DNA of 64,000 nucleotides from Rhodospirillales bacterium (GTDB lineage Bacteria; Pseudomonadota; Alphaproteobacteria; Micavibrionales; UBA1664): NCBI GenBank assembly GCA_023898805.1, contig CP060260.1, positions 849,656 to 913,655 of the forward strand, read 5' to 3'. Shown piece by piece: positions 57,624 to 64,000 of this stretch (position 1 is its first letter; each line of letters starts with the position of its first letter). The notes under the pieces were generated by a model. It saw only the letters and a program-made list of their open reading frames with translations, ran no database searches and was not told where the DNA came from. The position numbers and the translations under genes were made by a program.

Positions 57624-58373
57624 TTATGACCCGTAAGCCAACCATTGTTCGATTCCGACGCCGTTCGGGCTTTCCAGCCGCGGGACGCGCACGATGACAA
57701 GGCGGATGGTCATGCTGACATTGCGCTGCTGTGACCCGAACTGATAGGTGATCATCATCGGCATTTCCACCTGCCATTGATAAACGCCGTTCATGACCCC
57801 CTCGGCCAGAATGGTCGGCGCGGCGCGCGGCGCGGCGGATACGACCTGACGATTGGTTTCCACGGCCTCGATGATACCCGAATCTTGCAGCGCCTTGACG
57901 AAGGAGTTCCAGCCCTGCCGGGTGAAATGGCGCGATGCTTCCTGTAGCCTGCGGCGATAATCGTGGAAACCGAAAGTCATGGTTTCGGTCGCGGCTTGGC
58001 TGGCCCATGACAAAAGCGCGGGACGCGAGAGGTTCGGCTCTGAAAGCGCCACCATCGGCACCACGCGCCCATCCTCGGTTGTCGCGAAATAACGGTTTTC
58101 TGGCTGATAGGCGTATACGATGACGATCATCGCGATAATCAAGCCGATAACCGCGATCGCTTCAATCAGCGCGACCCGCAACATCGTGCGATAGCCGTCG
58201 CGGTAGAATTCATTGCGCACCACGATCCGGCCAAGCCCGGTCTGCGCGTTGCGCGCCTCGGCATCTGCCACACCTTTTCCCGCACCGACCTTGGCCGCGC
58301 GAGCCTGCGCCGCGCTGGGGCGCGGGGCGGATTTGGGATCGTTCGGCGTATTGTTGGGCGGGGTGGGCGGCAT
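57624..58373 (-). CDS. dotI: DotI/IcmL (TraM)-like inner-membrane component
   Basis: NEFYRDGYRTMLRVALIEAIAVIGLIIAMIV is the typical IcmL N-terminal motif plus TM. A periplasmic domain follows. Confidence 0.8.
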   Translation of the reverse strand: MPPTPPNNTPNDPKSAPRPSAAQARAAKVGAGKGVADAEARNAQTGLGRIVVRNEFYRDGYRTMLRVALIEAIAVIGLIIAMIVIVYAYQPENRYFATTEDGRVVPMVALSEPNLSRPALLSWASQAATETMTFGFHDYRRRLQEASRHFTRQGWNSFVKALQDSGIIEAVETNRQVVSAAPRAAPTILAEGVMNGVYQWQVEMPMMITYQFGSQQRNVSMTIRLVIVRVPRLESPNGVGIEQWLAYGS

Positions 58374-58490
58374 GGCTTCGGTTAACGGAATATGATCAAT
58401 CGGGTCACACTATAAAGGTAAAACTGCATGATTCTAAACAAATTTTCTATGCCCGAATCCCCGCATGAACGAGATGTCGTGTCCCGACAC

Positions 58491-59738
58491 CTAGCTGTTG
58501 AAACCGCCCATGCTGCGGCGCGCACCCGCACTGCCCGCCGAAGATCCGGCATTTCCGGGTGCCGGTACCGGCACCGGTGCCGAGGCGTTACCCGACGGCG
58601 GCACGACCTCGCGGTCTTCGACGCGTTCGGTGCCCGCGCGCCGCATCATCGAATCGGTCACGAATTTCTGGTCTTCACGCGCACCCAAAAGGATCGGCAC
58701 CGGATAACCGCGCCGGTCGCGCAGCGCCTCGCGCACGGCCTTCCAGTCGATGTCGTCGCGCGACTTACCCGCCGCGCGGGACAGATCGGCGAACAAATCG
58801 TCCGGCACGCGGTAATCGATCTCTCCGCGCTCCATCTGGTCGGCCAACATGCCATCCGCATGCGCCTCGATATACAGCATGTCCCCGATCCACGCGAATT
58901 TGATCGGCTGGCGCACCGTGGTCACCGGCGTACCCACCGGCACGTGGCCGAACAGGTATTCGGCACTTTCGTTATACATGCGGATGCACCCCGACGACAC
59001 GCGCCGCCCGATGCCCCATGGTTTGTTGGTGCCGTGCAGCCTGTATTCCGGCCACCCCAGATACAGCGCGTACGTCCCCAGTGGATTGTCCGGCCCCGGC
59101 CCGTAAAACGGCTTAAGACTAGGGTCTTCGCGCAACATGCGCGGGGTCGGCCGCCATGTCGGACCCTTGGTCTTGCTGACGATGTTGGTGCTGCCGGTCG
59201 GGGTCGAAAACCCTTCGCGTCCGACCCCGATGGGAAAGGTCGCGACCTCGCCGTTCGACTGATAGTAATAAAGCCGCATTTCCGGCAGATTGACGACGAT
59301 GCCCTTGCGCGGCCCGTCGGGCAGAAGATGCATCTTGGGCAGGATGATGAACCTGCCGGCACCCGGCCGCCACGGATCCATCGACGGATTGGCGGCGCGC
59401 AATTCAACATAACCAAGACTTTCCCGTTCGCCGATGCTTTGCAACGTATCGTCCCCGCGTGCGCGGTATGTTTCGATCTTGCCGACATAGTTCTGCTTCG
59501 GCGCGATCGCCGGGGCGGAAGCCTGCGCCACCTTGGACGATTTTTTGGTCGTCTTGATTTTAGGCTTGGGCGCCCCCTTTTTCGCGTCCGGATCGTTGTC
59601 CACGATCGGCTTGGAAACCCCGGCCACAGGCTGCGTGCCGGCCATGCGGCTGTCGTTGTTGTCCTTGGCGTGGGCGGCGTGGGCCAGCGCGGTAACGGCG
59701 AACAGGGCGATCAGAAATCTGGTCATCATTTTATACAT
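58491..59738 (-). CDS. L,D-transpeptidase (YkuD domain)
   Basis: Has a signal peptide and the catalytic motif YRLHGTNKPWGIGRRVSSGCIRM. Confidence 0.85.
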   Translation of the reverse strand: MYKMMTRFLIALFAVTALAHAAHAKDNNDSRMAGTQPVAGVSKPIVDNDPDAKKGAPKPKIKTTKKSSKVAQASAPAIAPKQNYVGKIETYRARGDDTLQSIGERESLGYVELRAANPSMDPWRPGAGRFIILPKMHLLPDGPRKGIVVNLPEMRLYYYQSNGEVATFPIGVGREGFSTPTGSTNIVSKTKGPTWRPTPRMLREDPSLKPFYGPGPDNPLGTYALYLGWPEYRLHGTNKPWGIGRRVSSGCIRMYNESAEYLFGHVPVGTPVTTVRQPIKFAWIGDMLYIEAHADGMLADQMERGEIDYRVPDDLFADLSRAAGKSRDDIDWKAVREALRDRRGYPVPILLGAREDQKFVTDSMMRRAGTERVEDREVVPPSGNASAPVPVPAPGNAGSSAGSAGARRSMGGFNS

Positions 59739-59742
59739 CGCG

Positions 59743-60957
59743 TTATTTGAGTGCTGTTTTGAGGTTGGCGTCGATCCGGTCCATAAACGCGGCGGTGGTC
59801 AGCCATGGCTGGTCAGCCCCGATCAGCAACGCCAGATCCTTGGTCATCGCGCCGCCCTCCACCGTGTCGACGCAGACCTTTTCCAGCGTCTGGGCAAAAG
59901 CGGTAACATCCGACGTGGCATCGAACTGGCCGCGGTATTTAAGGCCTTGCGTCCACGCGAAAATCGACGCGATGGGATTGGTGGATGTCTCTTTCCCTTG
60001 CTGGTACAGGCGGTAATGCCGCGTGACCGTGCCGTGCGCGGCCTCGGCCTCGACGCAATCGCCCGCGGGCGTCAGAAGGACGGAAGTCATAAGGCCAAGC
60101 GACCCGAAACCCTGCGCCACGGAATCCGACTGCACGTCGCCGTCGTAATTCTTGCACGCCCACACGAACCCGCCCGGCCATTTCATCGCCGAGGCCACCA
60201 TGTCGTCGATCAGGCGATGTTCGTATGTCAGTTTCGCGGCTTCGAACCGGGATTTGAACTCGGCCTCGTAAATCTGCTGGAAAATATCCTTGAACCGCCC
60301 GTCATAGGCCTTGAGAATCGTGTTCTTGGTCGACAGATACACCGGATACCCGCGTGCAAGCCCGTAATTCAGACAGGCCCGCGCGAACCCGGCGATCGAG
60401 TCGTCGACATTGAACATCGCCATGCCCACGCCCGGCCCGTCGTAATGGAACACCTCCCACGAAAGGGGCGCACCGCCGCCTTCGGGCGTATAGGTCAGGG
60501 TCAACGTGCCCGGTCCCGGAATCTTGACGTCCGTCGCCTTGTACTGGTCGCCGAACGCATGGCGGCCGATGATGATCGGCTGGGTCCAGATCGGCACCGT
60601 GCGCGGCACGTTCTGACAGATGATGGGTTCGCGGAATACCGTGCCGTTCAGGATGTTGCGGATGGTGCCGTTGGGCGATTTCCACATTTTCTTCAAGTTG
60701 AATTCCGCGACCCGCGCCTCGTCCGGCGTGATCGTCGCGCATTTAACCCCGACGCCGTATTGCTTGATCGCGTTGGCGGCGTCGACGGTGATCCGGTCCT
60801 CGGTGGCATCGCGGCTTTGAATGCCCAGATCGTAATATTTCAAGTCGATGTCCAGATACGGCAAGATCAGCCGTTCGCGGATCATCTGCCAGATGATGCG
60901 GGTCATTTCGTCCCCATCCAGTTCGACGACCGGATTTTTGACCTTGATCTTTGCCAT
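59743..60957 (-). CDS. icd: NADP-dependent isocitrate dehydrogenase (eukaryote-like homodimeric type)
   Basis: The N-terminus [23 protein letters not shown] is typical, and the product is about 404 aa. Confidence 0.9.
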   Translation of the reverse strand: MAKIKVKNPVVELDGDEMTRIIWQMIRERLILPYLDIDLKYYDLGIQSRDATEDRITVDAANAIKQYGVGVKCATITPDEARVAEFNLKKMWKSPNGTIRNILNGTVFREPIICQNVPRTVPIWTQPIIIGRHAFGDQYKATDVKIPGPGTLTLTYTPEGGGAPLSWEVFHYDGPGVGMAMFNVDDSIAGFARACLNYGLARGYPVYLSTKNTILKAYDGRFKDIFQQIYEAEFKSRFEAAKLTYEHRLIDDMVASAMKWPGGFVWACKNYDGDVQSDSVAQGFGSLGLMTSVLLTPAGDCVEAEAAHGTVTRHYRLYQQGKETSTNPIASIFAWTQGLKYRGQFDATSDVTAFAQTLEKVCVDTVEGGAMTKDLALLIGADQPWLTTAAFMDRIDANLKTALK

Positions 60958-61035
60958 CGCAAGCCTCTCCATGCCCTAACGGGGCATCACACTAAGGGTA
61001 TGACTACCTTGCGACAAGGGCGATCTGATGGCGAT

Positions 61036-61488
61036 TTACAGGTGACGTGCCCTGCGTCTGGGGATGACCTTGCCGGCCAGGACCAGCCTGCGGCCCTCAA
61101 TGCCTTCGATGCCGGCCATGGCCTGTTTGGCCAGCACGCCCAGATCATTGCCCGTGGCGCGAAACCCGTCATAGGCGAAGGTCCATTGATTCCTATCGGG
61201 CGAGAAGGTCAAAGACATATAGCGCCAGCCTTGGCGGTCACCGGCGCTGTTTGCGCTGGGCTTGACGCTCATGGCCACAATATTGTCGGTAACCAGCAAA
61301 TCGTAATCCCGGGCCAAATTGACCTGAATCAATCCCGAATACAGCGCGGACAAAATGGAAAACGCAGCCTGCCTGCGATCCGCCAGCGCTTTGATCGCGT
61401 CGGTTTCCTCCACACGCCGCCCGCCCGTGATGACGGCGAAAGGGCGGCGGGCTGATGAAGCGGCATGGCCTGTACGATGACGTGACAT
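61036..61488 (-). CDS. Hypothetical protein
   Basis: 150 aa with reasonable third-position GC. No family was recognised. Confidence 0.4.
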   Translation of the reverse strand: MSRHRTGHAASSARRPFAVITGGRRVEETDAIKALADRRQAAFSILSALYSGLIQVNLARDYDLLVTDNIVAMSVKPSANSAGDRQGWRYMSLTFSPDRNQWTFAYDGFRATGNDLGVLAKQAMAGIEGIEGRRLVLAGKVIPRRRARHL

Positions 61489-61611
61489 CAGCTCCCTATC
61501 TCACACCCGCTTGCTTTATGTCAATTTTTGGGCGTGGTTGACGCCCGCGCGGCGCCTCTCCATAAAGAAGACCGCGAAAACGACAACCACAATAATCAAT
61601 AGGGATTTCCG

Positions 61612-62343
61612 ATGGCCCTTCATCAGGACGAGGCACAGGCACGCAGCGAACTGCTTTTGCACGATGCCGAAGACGCGCTGGCGCGCGAACGTCTGCAATT
61701 ATTTTGGAAGAACTGGGGTTCCACCCTGATCGGCATGGCGCTGATGCTGGTGATCGGGACCGCTGCGGGCGTGATATGGCGCAACATGCGCGAAACCCGC
61801 AACGCTGAATCGACCGCGCATCTGATCGCGCTGCTCTCCGACCCTGCGGTGCCGGTTACGGAATCCGCTGCCGCGAAACTGACCCGCCCGCAGGCGGCGA
61901 TCGCCTGGCTGGTGCGCGCGGGCGTGGTGGGCGACCCCGCGACTCCGGAAAAACGCGCCGAACTCGACGCCGCCTACACCGCCGCTGCCAAGGCCGGCGG
62001 CGACATGCCGTGGGGCTGGCTGGGCGCGTGGGACGCCTTGCGCCTGCAAATGGACGATGCGTCCGCCGACCCGGAAAAACTGGTGGATGCCTTCGACAAA
62101 CTCGCACGCGAAATCGGCGACTCGCCGCTTGCCGCCCTGCCGGAATCAAGCGCCGCGATCGTCGCGGGCGAACGCCTGAAAGACCCCGCCCGCGCGCTGG
62201 CCATGCTCGACCGTGCGGAAACCCATGCCGGTCGCGCGTCTGAGATGACGACCAACATCGCCGAACTGCGCCATCTTTACGAGATCCGCGCGCAACAGGC
62301 CGCCGACAGCACGCCCGTCCAGCCGCAAAAGGAAAAACCATGA
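61612..62343 (+). CDS. YfgM-like single-TM / TPR-like protein preceding bamB
   Basis: Has an N-terminal TM (WGSTLIGMALMLVIGTAAGVIW) and a helical periplasmic part. Position upstream of bamB-der is conserved. Confidence 0.55.
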   Translation: MALHQDEAQARSELLLHDAEDALARERLQLFWKNWGSTLIGMALMLVIGTAAGVIWRNMRETRNAESTAHLIALLSDPAVPVTESAAAKLTRPQAAIAWLVRAGVVGDPATPEKRAELDAAYTAAAKAGGDMPWGWLGAWDALRLQMDDASADPEKLVDAFDKLAREIGDSPLAALPESSAAIVAGERLKDPARALAMLDRAETHAGRASEMTTNIAELRHLYEIRAQQAADSTPVQPQKEKP

Positions 62344-63689
62344 ACCGCGCCCACCTTCGCCCGATTGCCTTTGCCTGCATCGCCGCGCTGACCCTTGCCG
62401 GATGCAGCCTCTTCAAGGACAAAAAAGCCCCGCCGCTGGAAGGCACGCGCATTTCGCTTTTCGACATGGAAAAATCCATGGCCGACGGCGACAAGGCCGC
62501 GACCCCTGCGCAAGCAGCCGCCGACACCACGGCCGACCTGCCCGCGCCGTGGGACAATGAATTCTGGCCCGAAGCCGGTGGCTTTGCCAACCACGCGATG
62601 CAAAACGTCGCCCTCAATTCCGGCGCGCTGCATAAAATCTGGTCGTCCGCGATCGGCGCGGGCGCATCCAAGGATCAACCTTTAAGCGCCCAGCCGGTGA
62701 TGGCCGACGGCCGGGTCTTCGCCCTGGACGCCAAATCGCGCGTGCGCACCTTCGATGCCGCCAACGGCAAAACGATCTGGACCCAAAGCGCGATGCCCAA
62801 GACCGAGCACGAACCCGTGATCGGCGGCGGCGTCGCCTATTCCGGTGGACGCCTGTTCGTGACATCCGGCTTTAACGAGGTGCTGGCCATGAACCCTGCC
62901 GACGGTTCGGAAATCTGGCGCACCAAGGTTGACGGCGCGGTGCGTTCCGCACCCTCGGCCATGCCCGATCGCGTCTACGCGGTAACCGTTGACAATGAAA
63001 CCGTCGCGCTTGATGCGGCCGATGGCCACCAGCTCTGGACCCATCAGGGCCTGTCTGAAACCACCGGCCTGCTGGGCGCCGCCGCGCCCGCCGCCAATCG
63101 CGACATCGTCGTACCCGCTTATTCGTCGGGCGAAATTTATGCCCTTCAGGCCGAAACCGGTGCGGTATCGTGGTCCGACAGTGTAGCGCCGCTTGTACGC
63201 AGCGGCAGCGATCTGGGCTTTTCCGACATTCGCGGCCTGCCGGTCGTCGACCGCGGCCTCGTCGTCGCCACATCCTATGCCGGGCGCACCGCCGCGATCG
63301 ACGAACGCACCGGCGAACGCCGCTGGGATGCGAATGTCGGCGGCTCGCAAACGCCGCTTGTCGCGGGCAACCGTGTCTTCGTGGTGGGCGCGGACGGAGT
63401 CGCGACCGCGCTCGACCGCGCGTCCGGCCGCACCCAGTGGTCGATGCAACTGCCGCAATATACCGACCCAGACGAGCTCAAGGGCACCATCGTCTGGTAC
63501 GGACCGATTCTGGCGGGAGGACGGCTTATCCTCGTTTCCTCGAACGGCGAGATGCGCGAACTCGATCCCGCCACCGGCGCCGAACAGCGCGTGACCAAAA
63601 CCGGACAGGACGTCGTGGCCCCGCCCATCGTCGCCAACCGGACGCTTTACCTGCTTTCAAAGAACGGCACGCTCAGCGCGTGGCAATAA
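62340..63689 (+). CDS. bamB: Outer-membrane protein assembly factor BamB
   Basis: Has a lipobox (LTLAGCS) and repeated PQQ-like beta-propeller blades (DA.NGK..W). Confidence 0.85.
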   Translation: MNRAHLRPIAFACIAALTLAGCSLFKDKKAPPLEGTRISLFDMEKSMADGDKAATPAQAAADTTADLPAPWDNEFWPEAGGFANHAMQNVALNSGALHKIWSSAIGAGASKDQPLSAQPVMADGRVFALDAKSRVRTFDAANGKTIWTQSAMPKTEHEPVIGGGVAYSGGRLFVTSGFNEVLAMNPADGSEIWRTKVDGAVRSAPSAMPDRVYAVTVDNETVALDAADGHQLWTHQGLSETTGLLGAAAPAANRDIVVPAYSSGEIYALQAETGAVSWSDSVAPLVRSGSDLGFSDIRGLPVVDRGLVVATSYAGRTAAIDERTGERRWDANVGGSQTPLVAGNRVFVVGADGVATALDRASGRTQWSMQLPQYTDPDELKGTIVWYGPILAGGRLILVSSNGEMRELDPATGAEQRVTKTGQDVVAPPIVANRTLYLLSKNGTLSAWQ

Positions 63690-63690
63690 G

Positions 63691-64000
63691 ATGCTGACCA
63701 TCGCCCTTGTCGGCCGCCCCAATGTCGGCAAGTCATCACTGTTCAACCGCATAGCGGGCAAGGACCTGGCGATTGTCGACGACCGCCCGGGCGTGACCCG
63801 CGACTGGCGCGAGGCGGAAGGCTGGATTTTCGACGAAGCCGTGACGATCATCGACACGGCGGGGTTGGAGGAAGCGGAATCCGGCACACTGACCGACCGG
63901 ATGCGCGAACGTACCATGGCCGCGCTGGCCCGCGCCGATCTGGCCTTGTTCATCATCGATGGCATCGCGGGCGTCACGCCCACCGACGAACATTTCGCCC
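63691..64000 (+). CDS. der: Ribosome-associated GTPase Der/EngA (5' part, runs off the window)
   Basis: Reads [23 protein letters not shown]...DTAG, the G1 and G3 motifs of the first GTPase domain. Confidence 0.9.
   Translation, partial: MLTIALVGRPNVGKSSLFNRIAGKDLAIVDDRPGVTRDWREAEGWIFDEAVTIIDTAGLEEAESGTLTDRMRERTMAALARADLALFIIDGIAGVTPTDEHFA

Noticed and set aside
59533-61455. 640-aa plus-strand ORF
   Set aside because: It is antisense to icd, where the N-terminus and length match an NADP-IDH. The translation is R/G/P/H-rich with no recognisable domain.
1-64000. Search for CRISPR arrays, rRNA genes, intact IS elements/transposases and toxin-antitoxin pairs
   Set aside because: Reading the intergenic regions and the ORF track showed no regularly spaced repeats, no rRNA-like stretches and no transposase-like translations. 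The only mobility gene is the truncated serine recombinase.

Overview
The window looks like high-GC (about 60-65% by eye) Alphaproteobacteria-like chromosome. That guess rests on pepA-holC, lptF-lptG, alpha-type SspB, a PodJ-like protein, SURF1 and an FYDLN-acid protein. About 55 genes are tightly packed and mostly housekeeping: ispE, ettA, glmU/glmS, a fadA/fadB-like operon, pyrB/pyrC, tyrS, anmK, mlaA/mlaC, icd, bamB and der. Four regions are not ordinary.
(1) 1-8958 is a visibly lower-GC block of about 50%. It ends at the 3' end of a tRNA-Gln and has a truncated serine recombinase beside it. It carries an anaerobic module: narK, a Crp/Fnr regulator with a C-terminal Cys cluster, moeA, a porin and nrdDG. 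Three TTGAT-N4-ATCAA boxes and a tandem NrdR-box pair sit in its intergenic regions.
(2) 38248-40881 encodes a signal-peptide-less subtilase, P-domain and RTX-repeat protein whose start overlaps the anmK stop.
(3) 40882-41842 is a roughly 1 kb low-GC islet with one orphan gene whose motif order resembles the uracil-DNA-glycosylase superfamily.
(4) 48058-58373 is the most interesting part. It holds an isolated, partial type IVB (Dot/Icm or IncI-Tra-like) secretion cluster, dotI-dotH-dotG-dotF. A dotA/traY homologue follows, broken into at least five reading-frame pieces. A large repeat-containing acidic gene with its own frame anomalies converges on it.
No rRNA, CRISPR array or intact IS element was seen. 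Many long ORFs in the track are antisense shadow ORFs typical of high-GC DNA and were rejected. All assignments come from reading the translations and motifs by eye, and no database search was run.
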